The notes below the pieces were generated by a model. The model was not told the DNA's origin. It ran no database searches and saw only the letters and a program-made list of their open reading frames with translations. A program made the position numbers and the translations under genes. Shown here piece after piece: positions 35,355 through 47,699 of a DNA stretch of 64,000 bases; positions within the stretch are counted from its first letter, which is position 1, and every line of letters starts with the position of its first letter. Source of the DNA: Macrostomum lignano (Eukaryota); contig NIVC01000888.1 in NCBI GenBank assembly GCA_002269645.1, positions 1 to 64,000 of the forward strand. Direction: 5' to 3'.

Positions 35355-36335
35355 AGTGTCCCCAGTGTCTCCAACTGACTCCCCAGTGTCTTCAACTGAC
35401 TCCCCAGTGTCTTAAACTGACTCCCCAGTGTCTCCAACTGACTCCCCAGTGTCTCCAACTGACTCCCCAGTGTCTCCAACTGACTCCCCAGTGTCTCCAA
35501 CTGACTCCCCAGTGTCTCCAACTGACTCCCCAGTGTCTTAAACTGACTCCCCAGTGTCTCCAACTGACTCCCCAGTGTCTCCAACTGACTCCCCAGTGTC
35601 TCCAACTGACTCCCCAGTGTCTCCAACTGACTCCCCAGTGTCTTAAACTGACTCCCCAGTGTCTCCAACTGACTCCCCAGTGTCTCCAACTGACTCCCCA
35701 GTGTCTCCAACTGACTCCCTTAGTGTCTCCAACTGACTCCCCAGTGTCTCCAACTGACTCCCCAGTGTCTCCAACTGACTCCCCAGTGTCTCCAACTGAC
35801 TCCCTTAGTGTCTCCAACTGACTCCCCAGTGTCTCCAACTGACTCCCCAGTGTCTAAAACTGACTCCCTTAGTGTCTCCAACTGACTCCCCAGTGTCTCC
35901 AACTGACTCCCCAGTGTCTAAAACTGACTCCCCAGTGTCTTAAACTGACTCCCCAGTGTCTTAAACTGACTCCCCAGTGTCTTCAACTGACTCCCCAGTG
36001 TCTCCAACTGACTCCCCAGTGTCTCCAACTGACTCCCCAGTGTCTTCAACTGACTCCCCAGTGTCTCCAATTGACTCTCCAGTGTCTCCAACTGACTCCC
36101 CAGTGTCTTAAACTGACTCCCCAGTGTCTTAAACTGACTCCCCAGTGTCTCCAATTGACTCCCCAGTGTCTCCAACTGACTCCCCAGTGTCTTAAACTGA
36201 CTCCCCAGTGTCTCCAACTGACTCCCCAGTGTCTCCAACTGACTCCCCAGTGTCTTAAACTGACTCCCCAGTGTCTTAAACTGACTCCCCAGTGTCTTAA
36301 ACTGACTCCCCAATGTCTTCAACTGACTCCCCAGT
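35355..36335. repeat. 21-bp minisatellite (about 46 copies) upstream of the NAP1L ATG
   Basis: Unit TCCCCAGTGTCTCCAACTGAC. Confidence 0.95.
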
Positions 36336-39300
36336 CTTATGTTGCACAAGTAAACAAAGTAGCTATACCTTAGCTATAGAAATAGTTACTAACTAGAATC
36401 TTAAAAAATAAAATAGTATTAAGGGCCTTTGGATATGCCATGATTGGAAAATGTATGTATATACACTCTTGAAAGGGATAGGCCTAGAACTAGGCCCAGG
36501 CCTACTTAAAAGAGCTATAAAACAAAATTATAATTAATCAAAGAAATGATTAATGAGCCAAAAAGGATTAAGGAAAAAAGTGAATTGTAGTATATAACAA
36601 TAGATAATGAAATTGCTAAAGAGGTCAACTATAAAAATATAAAAAACAATCTAGTTACCTTGAGGCTAGTTGAAATTGAAATGCTATAATCATCCTAATG
36701 AAACATAGCCTAAAATCTAGCCTAATATAGTGTCAATCAAAGCAATAAAAAGCAAAAAAGATTAGAGCAAAAACTCTGCCTTTGCAAGGCTCTCAAGGCC
36801 CTTGATAGTAATACTTATAAAACATTGAAAATAGGGACATCAACCCTAAGGAGCCTTTCCTGGGGACCCTAAATTTTTTTGGAGTCTGAGCATTAGGTTT
36901 AAGGCACTTTGAGACCCTAGAAAAACAATTGAAGTAAAAATTGTATTTTGAGAAGTTTTTAAATAAAATTCATTATAATCTGTTGTGGCAGAGTATATAT
37001 ATTTATATTAGCAAGACTCTTTTTAACAAAAGAGTTCTTATTATTCAATAATGACTTTTTGTCAAAGCTGACTAAACTGCATATCTACTTCAATTGCTGA
37101 TAGTAGTATCCTATGGTGAGTTTCAAGCTACTTGTGAGTTGTGATCAAAATATTGCAGAAATTTTATCTAACAAAATTTATATAGCAAATAAACAGACAA
37201 ATTGATAGATAAATAGACTGACAAATAGACTAGTATAAATACAAACAGACAAATAGATAGATAGACAAATAGACAAATAGATAGATAAACAAATAAATAG
37301 ACAGACAGACAGGCAAACAAGCAAGCAAATGTTTAAGCATTTAAGAAGACAGCTAGGATAAATAGATAAGCATATAGATAAATAAATATGATAACAGATA
37401 AATAGTCTATCAAATCATAATTTTTAGGGTGATATTTAGCATTATTTTTACTTTTTATATTTTTTCTATAAGTAAATCTTACACTATATGATACTATTAG
37501 TATTACTATATCAATAGTTTTATAGTCAAATATATAGTCAAAAAATATATATGGTCAAACTAATACATTATATCTATAGCTTTCTTTTGGTTTGAAATGT
37601 TTGATAAATATATTTTTTATATCTACATATTCTTTACTAGGGGACCCTGGGGTTTTAGTCAAAAAATCTTAGAATTTATAGGGTATATTTTTTAAAGAAT
37701 TGGTATCTTTTTTAATCGAAAAAATCAATAAAATAGCTTATTTTCTCTTCTTTGAAAACTTATTATCTTTGCAAGATTAGCTTACTTATAATATGATATA
37801 TTAAACCATACATGTGTAACCTTGGGAATCACTTGGCCTTTTTTATTGGCAACACACACATGTAAGTCACTATTGGCTGAGAGCAGTCACGTGACTACTA
37901 TTCTGTCCAGTAGCAACTTATGTGTGTGTTGCCAATAGAAATGGCTAGGTGAATCCCTAGGTTGCGCCTAAGCATATATTAAACTGAGAATCAAAAATGC
38001 CATAGGCCTAATATAAAAATGTTTATAAGCAAAAAATATTTGAGAAGCTAAACATCTAAATTCTAATAGGCAAATAGTAAGAAGAGTAGGCCTGTTTATA
38101 TTTTTTTATTATTTGTAAAATGGTAAGGCCTACCTTATAAGAAAGGAGTATACCCAAATACCTAATAAGGTTTAATGCTTATTCATTCATTATTCAAAAC
38201 TAAGCCTAATAGCAGAACAGAACAGAACTAGCTAATCTAGCTAGACCTGGGGGACTAGTATAAATTATGGTAGACCAACCAAGGATATCAGAAAAATTGA
38301 TGATTTAGGCCATATTGCCACATTTTTACTTTTTGGCAAACTAACAATTTTTTATTTGGTAAATTGCACAACTAAGTTGCATTTTTAGTCAAAATTAAGT
38401 CACATGGCTAATGAAAATCCAGAATCCAGACTAGACCAGATAGGCCTATTGCACCAATATATTAACATATTGCTCATAGGGACATTGAATAGAATGGACA
38501 CTCCTGATTCTAAAATGATCTTCCATAAAATTAAACCTATTTAGAAGTTATTTAATTTCATTCCAAAGACAATAGGCAGCATAACCATAGAATGTAGGCC
38601 TATACAATTTGATTTATGTAATAAACAGGTCTATCCTCTATTAGAAAATTGTACATTTTGGCAAACCTCTGTAAGATAACTCTGGAGTATTCAAGTGCTA
38701 TTAAGTATTATCATTTTTAACAGTAATTGGGACAAAATATTGATGGATTTGGAGTAGCTATAGAAGCATATCTATACTAGACCTACCTAAGCTAGCTGCT
38801 ACACCTACCTAAGCTGGCACTAGCACTAGCACTAGCACTTGAGGTCTTGAGAACGACAACGTCAGAATTACGTTACGACGAGCACGTGGGTGAAATTAAA
38901 TTCAAGTCGTCCGTTCAAAATGGTCCAACAAAACAAACACTCAGTGTAACAATTTTTGTGGCATAGGCTAACCATATAAAAATTTAAAAATGCTATATTT
39001 TAAAGAAGAAACATCTAAAAACGATTAAAACTTTTCATTCAAGTATTGGACTGAACCTTCTCCTTCAATTGCAAATTCTGCTTACCGACAGTCTGTCTTT
39101 ACAAGGATCATTTGCCGCATGCAATTTAGTGGGGATCCTGCAAGGACGTCCTTTTGGGAATCTATGGAATCTTTGGGTCCATGAGAATTTCCCCCAGACG
39201 AAATTCCCTCCGAGATTTGCCCGCAGGAGATTTGCCCGTCGAGATTTGCCAGCCGAGCTTTTCCCGCGGAGATTTGCCCGCAATGCTTTTTTCCTGCAGA

Positions 39301-39450
39301 GCATTTTGGCAGCTAGATTCTGTCTGCAATTTGCCCCCCCCCCCAAATATGCATTTGGTATGCAGTTACTATCCAAACGTTTGATCGGGTAAATCTCTTT
39401 ATTAAGACTTACTAAGCATAGGGGAGGCAATGCAGGCATTTAATTCTCGT

Positions 39451-41082
39451 CGGCCAATAGGAAGGCCGCGCATATTTTATGCTAGCCTAAAATTAAGCTT
39501 TCCTTGTGCGCCCACCCCCAGCCCGCTCGTTAATCATTTGTGACGATTAAGGACGACACGGTCAAATGACGAAGACGAATAACGGAGGCGATTTGTGTAG
39601 TAGCGGTAGCACTCAGGCTTACATGTAGTTGTTATGTTATCGATTATTTATTATGGTTAGATAGACTCGCTCGCTATAGATCCCAGTCGGCAATGTAATA
39701 GTGGGACTGGGCCTGATTTGGCGCTGAATCCGAACTATGATACTTTGGGCACTGCGGCAGGCAACAATAATGGTAATGGATAGCTATAGGCTACGGCGAT
39801 AAGTGGCGAAGGAATGATGGCAATGGTGTAGAACTATGGAGAAGTGCCGCGAAGTGGCGGCGGTGGAAGTGTGGCGTGATCCCCACTCGGGGCAGTGGCG
39901 TGGCTTGAATTTGCCGGGGTGAACTTGGCCGAGGCGGGGAGAGAGAGAGCGCCGGTCGGTAAACAAGAACAAAACAAGAACCAAGAAACAAGCCAACCCC
40001 GGGCGCGCCAGCTAGACAGGACTTACATGTTAACGAGCGGGTTGGGGTGGGCGCACAACAAAGCATAATCCGGACTTAACATAAAATATGCGCAACTTTC
40101 CTATTGGCCGGCTTGAAAACCAACTTGAAAACAGACATTATATGGCACTGCTTTCGCTAAAACGGCCCTTGTCGGGGCCACCTCAACTGACAACGTCACA
40201 CAGTCCTGTCTGGCTGGGGCGCCCGGGGTTGACCCTCTTTTGTTTTCCGGCCCGCGCTCTCTCTCTCTCCGCCTCGGCCAAGTTCACTCTGCCAAGTTCA
40301 CTCCGCCAAGTTCACTCCGCCAAGTTCACTCCGCCAAGTTCACTCCGCCAAGTTCACTCCGCCAAGTTCACTCCGCCCAAGTTCACTCCGCCAAGTTCAC
40401 TCCGCCAAGTTCATTCCGCCAAGTTCACTCCGCCAAGTTCACTCCGCCCAAGTTCACTCCGCCAAGTTCACTTCGCCAAGTTCACTCCGCCCAAGTTCAC
40501 TCCGCCAAGTTCACTCCACCAAGTTCACTCCACCAAGTTCACTCCGCCAAGTTCACTCCACCAAGTTCACTCCGCCCAAGTTCACTCCGCCAAGTTCACT
40601 CCGCCCAAGTTCACTCCGCCAAGTTCACTTCGCCAAGTTCACTTCGCCAAGTTCACTTCGCCAAGTTCACTCCGCCCAAGTTCACTCCGCCAAGTTCACT
40701 CCGCCAAGTTCACTCCGCCCAAGTTCAAGCCACGCCACTGCCAAGTTCAAGCCAGAGAGAGTGCTGCCTCTATCCTATCTCATTGCCATCATATCATCAC
40801 CACTCCATCGCCCGTAGCCTATTTAGCTATCCATCACCATTATTGTTGCCTGCCGCAGTGCCCAAAGTTACGTTACGTAACTTTACCATAGTTACGGATT
40901 CAGCTTCCAATCAGGCCCAGTCTCTTTATTGCCGACTGGAATCTATAGCGAGCGAGCCTATTTAACCATAATAAATAATCGCCATCGCATCGCCATTGTA
41001 TGAGTGCTACCGCTACACAAATTGCCTCCGTTATTCGTCTTCGTCATTTGATCCTGGGACTGTGTCGTCATAATCGTCACAA
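39451..41082. repeat. Interlocked inverted repeats X-Y-X'-spacer-Y' with a 14-bp array expanded in Y'
   Basis: X 39451-39533 is the reverse complement of 40030-40110. Y 39538-40023 is the reverse complement of 40202-41082. Array (GCCAAGTTCACTCC)n at about 40278-40750. Confidence 0.85.
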
Positions 41083-41099
41083 CAACCTCAATTACACCA

Positions 41100-41400
41100 G
41101 CTAATGCTGGTACCGATTTTCCAGTTGTGTGAACTGAAGCAATGCAGAGTTAAGTGCCTTGCCCAAGGACACGTACAAATTGTTTTAGTTCTAATCGAAT
41201 AATCTAATCGAATATACTTTTCAATCGAATCGATTTATATAATTTCAATCGTACGCTCTAACTAACAGGCCACAACCCCTAAGCTTATGGGATAGTAAAT
41301 AACACCCTCAATACCCCTGCTAATGCTTGTACATGTAGCTATATATTTTACAGCTGGATGAACTGAAGCGCCGACTTAATTGTCTTGCTCAAGGACACAA
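41100..41400 (+). mobile_element. Two fragments resembling a conserved central SINE domain
   Basis: GAACTGAAGCAATGCAGAGTTAAGTGCCTTGCCCAAGGACAC and a second copy ..GAACTGAAGC..GTCTTGCTCAAGGACAC. Resemblance to V/Meta-type SINE cores is recalled, not searched. Confidence 0.4.
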
Positions 41401-42212
41401 AGAAGGACTACTCAAGTACAGACAGGCTGGAAACTACACGTACGTTTCTTGGAAAATTTTGGGAGGCAGCTGCGTGTTTTACAGAAAAAATACATTACGC
41501 TTTTCGTTTAGAAAATTGTATAGTATTTTATGACGAGGCTTGATAAAAAATCCAACACATAGATTCAACAGGGTGTCCATAGTCACCTGGTGTCACGGCC
41601 GTTGAAGGAGCCGACGGCGTCTGGATGATGACCGAATGCTTGAGAGACTAAGTTGAGGATACCCAACAGTTGAGGCTTGTACAGTATTCTGTGATTGAGG
41701 CTTTATCAGAAACATCAGAGAAATTCGCAATGGAGGAGTGTTCATCATACATGTAGTCACCTGATGCCACCTGTTGAAGGTACAGAAGCTCCGCCTGGGT
41801 GAATGCTGGGTGACTTTGACTAACCAAGTCAGAGCTGATGCAAACACGCGTGGTCGACGTGCTGATGAAATTTGGAGGCTTGGCCTCCTAAGGCGCAGGG
41901 CTGATTGGTTTCCAATACCACTAGCGCTGAAATTTGACCTTCTGGCGGAATTATTGAAAATCTGGACGGTCCGGAGGGATGGCGACTTGAAATTGATTAT
42001 TGCTTTAGATGGTGTGCAAGAAAAAATTATTGAATTTCGTGTGCCTGCGTTGCTTTGTTCCAGCGCAGCAAAAATGTCTTGGTGAATTCTCTCCTTGCAT
42101 GGCATTGGTAGTTCGACGGGAGGAAAAATGGCTTGGGATCGTGGCTCGAGAGTCAAACACGTCTACCCCCCCCCCAACGCCCCACCTGTACTGTAAGACC
42201 TACTTATATGTG

Positions 42213-42512
42213 CAGGGGCGTCGCCATGGATTTTATGGTTGGGAAGAATTCCAAGAACCAATAATTCAACATGTACATGTAAATGACTAAATTCCTACAT
42301 TTCCATTTTTTGAGAGTCGTGTTGTCAGCGCTCATTTTAATTTGGCGCCGCAGGCACAATATTTTGGCACCCTGAAGAAAAATTATTGATTACCATCAAC
42401 GGGGTCACTAGGTGGGATTGGGGGGACAAAGCATTGGCATGTTCCCCCCCCCCCATAGCTTTTACTGAGGGGGACATGCCCCCCCCTGTCCCCCTCGGTG
42501 GCGACGCGCCTG
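42213..42512. mobile_element. MITE with 14-bp TIRs
   Basis: CAGGGGCGTCGCCA ... TGGCGACGCGCCTG (13/14 inverted match); homologous to 5824-6420; no clear TSD. Confidence 0.6.
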
Positions 42513-43184
42513 TAATGCACGTTAAGTCGTCTTTTCTATGCAAGTCGTGTAGTTGTTCCTTTAATCGAAAATTTAGGACTTTCACGTATTTTCTGTCTAA
42601 GATCTCACTTTCCCGTGTGCACCCATCCGCACGAAGGGCTTGCACTCCCTGTTTACCTAGTTGTAATCACCTCTGTGTATTACTATACACGCATCACAAA
42701 AAACGTAGTATTCGCTATAATTTTAGTACATTGACAAAAGTGCCAGAAAAGTCAATGAAACCTTAAATTGGCACCCTGCGATGAATCGGTAGTTAATTAC
42801 AATCATAAATGAAAAGGGTTACAGAAAATGCAGAAGCTCAGGTGGATTAAGAAAAACTTTTGTAAGCGAAAGAGATTCTGATCATGAGTAATGATGCTTA
42901 TTGGCCGTTAGGTCTTACAAAGCAAGCACTATTGAATACTTGGGCCTGTAAAAATGGAAAATAGAATAAACATCGAGAACATAGGCGAATATGTGCACCG
43001 CGAATCATGTTTATGAGAACATCTTGAGCATCTAGAAACCGGAATAGAAATTTACTGATCGAATTTTTCAAAAAAAAAGAATTTAACAATCAACTGGCTT
43101 ATACTGAGACGCGATCACGTTAAATGCTTGTTGAAGTACCAGTTCGACTGCGGGTTTATAAGCGTCTTTTTTCAGCGTTTCTTC

Positions 43185-43724
43185 CTAAGTTGTCAAAGCT
43201 TTCGTGATTGGAGTTTCCTCGGTGCTAGCTGGTGCTGCCGGCGGATGAGGCTGATCAACGGCGGATGCAGCAGCCGCAGCCGCAACCTCCTGCACCTCCT
43301 CGTAAGTCGGCGGCGGAACCAGCACTCCGTAGATGGTGAAAACTGGCCCGTCGTACTCCAGCGCGTACAGCGGCGGCGGCGGCGGGAAGCTGCCGTGCGG
43401 CACCGAGCCGGACTCGCCATCGTCGCCAGCAACGCCGCCTCGATGCCCCCGTCGCCGATGGTGCAGCTCGAATTTGTCATTATTGCGAATGGCCAGCCAG
43501 CGGAAGCCGAACAGGCCGGCGAACATGAGAAAGATGCTGGGCAGCGGCACGATGAAGTACACGTAGTCACGCTGGACGGCGTACAGCGACAGACAGGCAA
43601 AGAAGGCGACCAGGCCGCACCAGAGCAGCACGTGGAACAGGCAGTACAGGCTGCGGTCCTTGGCCGAGAATGCTCGGATCACTCGGAGCGGAAAGCAGGG
43701 CATCAACTGGCAGCACTTGGCCAT
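43185..43724 (-). CDS. Uncharacterised 179-aa protein with two transmembrane helices and two PPxY motifs, intronless
   Basis: GC-rich ORF from ATG 43724; hydrophobic segments SLYCLFHVLLWCGLVAFFACLSLYAV and YVYFIVPLPSIFLMFAGLFGFRWLAI; tail PPPPPLY and VPPPTYEEV. Confidence 0.72.
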   Translation of the reverse strand: MAKCCQLMPCFPLRVIRAFSAKDRSLYCLFHVLLWCGLVAFFACLSLYAVQRDYVYFIVPLPSIFLMFAGLFGFRWLAIRNNDKFELHHRRRGHRGGVAGDDGESGSVPHGSFPPPPPLYALEYDGPVFTIYGVLVPPPTYEEVQEVAAAAAASAVDQPHPPAAPASTEETPITKALTT

Positions 43725-43914
43725 TTCTGTTTGCTGCTTTGGCTTGAGGATCAAAGCAGATAAACAAGCGCGCAGCAGCGAGACAGAGAGAGAGAGAGAG
43801 AGAGAGTTGTTGCAAGACCTGCTCAAGCTGAACTTAAATAGCCCTTTGCTCTGGCATTGGACAGCTCATTGTGCTTCTGTGACCAGATCGCTCCAGGCAA
43901 ATGCGGTTTGTTTT

Positions 43915-43915
43915 C

Positions 43916-43964
<49 letters not shown>

Positions 43965-43989
43965 TTTCCCTCTCTCTTTCTCTCTCTCA

Positions 43990-44075
<86 letters not shown>

Positions 44076-44085
44076 ACCTCTCACT
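43915..44085. repeat. (CT)n microsatellite
   Basis: Direct reading. Confidence 0.95.
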
Positions 44086-44931
44086 CTTCTCTAGCCAGCC
44101 AGGGTCACTCCAATGCTGTTTACAACAGTGCCAATGCTGAATTTCACCTTTCGCTGACATTTCTTATGCGAGTTGGGTCTGTGTGACGTGTTTTTTTCAG
44201 CAAAAACAATCGGTTAGTATTTTTAACCCTGCGTTCATCGCTAATCTACAGCAGAGGAGCAACCTGTTGAGGGAAGGGAATGCGCATAACTATACAAGCA
44301 ATATTTGCTAATTAGCAGCCAACGTAATTCTCGAAACTGCCGGTTTCTTTTCGAAGGCCTCAGAAAGACTGACTATATGACCCGTGACCAAAATTTGCAT
44401 ATTAATTTATCGAAATCAAAACATTAACTCGAAACCATGTACGTATTAGTTCAAGTGCACAGCGATATGTGCTTGTAATTCAATCAGCAAACTTATAAGT
44501 TATAACAAAAGTGCTCGATTCGAAAGTACACACTGCTATTTCATTATGCTAAATATATACTTGACAGGTGACAAACAAATTGAAGGCTGACGTTATTATT
44601 GTAACAATCATTTCGATTGTGACGAGTAGATAGCGGAAATGGAATGATAAAAAATAGTAGATAGCGGCTACTGAGGAGTAGACAATAGATACTGAAGAGT
44701 AGGCAGTAGATACTGAAGAGTAGACAGTAAAGATGCTGAAGAGAGGTACTGCAGAGTAGACGGTGGATACTGAAGAGTAAACAGCGGATATGGAAAAGTA
44801 GAGAAAACGGAGATCAAGAAGCTTCAATACAAAAATGGCAATATATTCAATGCAGTTCGTACTGCTTCATGATTTATTAGATTTTTAACAATGAAAGCAT
44901 GAAATAAGTATGTTTTTCGTAAAGTAATTTG

Positions 44932-45462
44932 TCAAACTACTAGAAGCTGCTTGCTGGCATGGTGAGGCAGCTGGGCGTTCTTGTCATCCACCGGAAGCTG
45001 CCGCCATCTGCGCCGCTGTACAATGACCAGCAGGACCAGAGCTGCAACGGCTCCGGCTGAGGTAGCCAGGCTGATCGCGCATAAGACTTTCCACATCGTC
45101 ACTTTCTTGACCAACGACACGTCAGCAGCATCGGCATCAGCGGTTGCATCCAACGACGTCTTCGAGTGCCGACGTCTCCAACCGCATCCAGCGGCAGTTG
45201 CTGACCCCTGCAGCCCCTCAGCCCGATCTCTGGCCGTCAGGCAGTAGCCGCAGGCTCGCAACTCGGCGCAGAAGCTTCTCAACAGCATCGCGGTGGAGCT
45301 TGAATTTTTGTCCTCGATGGTCAGACAGTCAGTCGGACAGTGGACGCAGATGTCGACGAACATGTCCGGGTACTGGCCTGTCGGACAGCAGATCTCGGCT
45401 TGCTGAACCGGAATGGCGCTGAACGCGGCTAGGAAAATGATGAAGATTTGAATCTGCGGCAT
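44932..45462 (-). CDS. Single-pass membrane protein with one cysteine-rich domain, TNF-receptor-like (BCMA/TACI/Grindelwald-type), intronless
   Basis: Signal-like MPQIQIFIIFLAAFSAIPVQQA, CRD CPTGQYPDMFVDICVHCPTDC..C..C, TM VLCAISLATSAGAVAALVLLVIV, stop-transfer QRRRWR, short tail. An upstream in-frame ATG also exists at 45549. Confidence 0.68.
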   Translation of the reverse strand: MPQIQIFIIFLAAFSAIPVQQAEICCPTGQYPDMFVDICVHCPTDCLTIEDKNSSSTAMLLRSFCAELRACGYCLTARDRAEGLQGSATAAGCGWRRRHSKTSLDATADADAADVSLVKKVTMWKVLCAISLATSAGAVAALVLLVIVQRRRWRQLPVDDKNAQLPHHASKQLLVV

Positions 45463-46979
45463 TGCGGAGCTGCTTGAGTTGCAATTAGCGAGGGAGCTGG
45501 CATTCTGAGTGGGCCCTGCATTCGTAGGCAATATTAATTTTTTTTCCATAATTTCCGCGTCAAACCCGCGGCCTACTCAAGGCAAATCCGCGGCTGTTTC
45601 TGTCTCCCCGGATTTTCCCCCGGAACCCCCGGATTTGCCGTGGAACTGTTCTGGCGGCGTTGGCCCGGGCATGCTGTTGGCTTTTATCACTTTTAAGCAC
45701 ACAGTGACAAGGGCTCGGCTTTGGTGTACATTTTATTGCGTACACCATTGCAATTGAAACCTGCGCACTCATTGTTGTTCTCTAGATAGAAGCTCAAGTG
45801 GACTGGCAGAAGCAACTGCTTCTGCCAAGGACAACTCAAGTTAGATATCTAGTTTGGAAATCTGAATTTTGCCACACCTACGAGGGTACAATAATGTTAA
45901 TTAATACCGTATGAAATGACGCTCCCTCTTCTCTTACGTTTGCTCAAAGTTGCAGCAAAGGTCTTATATACTCCCTATTCAAACCTTTGATTGTCAATCC
46001 AGACTCTGTCTAAAGGACTCCTTGGGCCTGAGAGTGCAGCAGTCCATTGTTTGTCATAGCAAGGCAACTTCACCAAGAAAGGTACAGCTATATTTTGCAT
46101 ATTTCGTCATGCTCGCATTCCAGTCTTAAGAATCCGAATACTAGATGGAGAACCGGTTCTTCAACGAGCGTTATTTCTGTTATACTGCCAAGTTTCAACA
46201 AATGTAACGTCTAGGCCAGAGAGTACGCCCCGTACTTTTGCTAATATCATTCTTTTAATGCCTTCAAGTAGGAAACTGGTAGGTAGAGACGTATTCTGGT
46301 ATAAACTCGAGGCTTTGGATAGCTGAAGTTGAAAGAAGCAACGTTCGAAAATATATTATTCAACAACATCGAAAGTCGCCATCACAGAAGATTCCGTCTG
46401 TGGTTGCCACTTTTGAGAATGCAAGTACAGTCTCTCAATCTTTGCGAGTGACGCAGCTCAGCTACGCCGCGGCAGACTTGAGTTGAGGAATGAAGTGAAG
46501 GGAGCGGTGTGCGAGAGTTGGACTGATTAAAGCCACCCCGATCAGTTTTCTCAATTTCAGAATAGTCCAAGATAAACTGCTCACTGGCATATAGAATGGC
46601 GACTTTTCAATGTTGCTGAGTATAAGGTCGTGTGATTTTCACTTGAGGCTATCAACTAACGAAAGTTCTAAGCAAATATAAATATTTTAGAAATTTAATT
46701 TACAATATCTTGCCTTCTGGATTTCTGTAGCTACTGTGCACAATGTTACTAACAGTTAATGTCATTTGAAAAGCAAAAAAATTTATAGCCAAATTTGAAA
46801 TCATATATAGCTCATAATAACCCGAACTGTTTTGGCATACTTGCTCAGCCTATACTACTTAAAAGTAAGTTGTTTACCATTTTTAATATAACTAGTATTC
46901 TAAAAATGAAAATTAGACACTATAGATTGGACAGTAACACCACTCCAGATTCATACAAACATTGAAACACTCATACATA

Positions 46980-47265
46980 ATGGCGCTTATTCACTAACCC
47001 TAATGGCGCTTATACAGTAACCCTAATGGCGCTTATACAGTAACCCTAATGGCGCTTATACAGTAACCCTAATGGCGCTTATGCACTAAACCCAATGGCG
47101 CTTATACAGTAACCCTAATGGCGCTTATACAGTAACCCTAATGGCGCTTATACACTAACCCTAATGGCGCTTATACAGTAACCCTAATGGCGCTTATACA
47201 CTAACCCTAATGGCGCTTATACAGTAACCCAAATGGCGCTTATACACTAACCCTAATGGCGCTTG
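46980..47265. repeat. 23-bp minisatellite containing TAACCCTAA
   Basis: Unit TAACCCTAATGGCGCTTATACAG, about 12 copies. Confidence 0.92.
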
Positions 47266-47699
47266 TACACAGTTACCATTGGTGTTTAGGCAACTCAATT
47301 ATTTCCTGAAAAAAGCAGTTCGAGTCTGACACAGCAAGCTTCATTTAAAACTAATTAAACTGCAACTTTGTCAAGCCATTAGAGAATTACAATCGTATAT
47401 TTATTTAATTCATTATCGAAATAAATAAATCAGGGACAGCTGACAGCACTGCACAACTGTGAGAATGAAGGGCTGTACAAAACACATCCGGGATACAGAA
47501 AAGCATTGTTGATATAGGCTGGCAAAATTGACCCAGAAAAGTTATTAGTGCTTCTAACCAGCTTCTATAGGTATTCAAATGATAATTACATATTTATTGA
47601 TGAAAAGCATATTGTTAGCATGAGCTAGCCAGCTTTACTGAGGTAATTCTGCAGGATTGAGGATGAGAGCAAGTTCAGGTCCGGGTCAATGAGTGACGA

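Noticed and set aside
33962-36373. Repeat ORFs (MDAISIC, LETLGSQ)
   Set aside because: Minisatellite translations in a NAP1L intron and upstream region.
40088-40965. 267-aa and 241-aa ORFs
   Set aside because: Derived from the 14-bp array within the inverted repeat.
41593-42156. Possible degraded transposase (TTNAMQG resembles a hAT motif)
   Set aside because: Only a few residues match, frames are broken, and no second motif or TIR pair could be supported.
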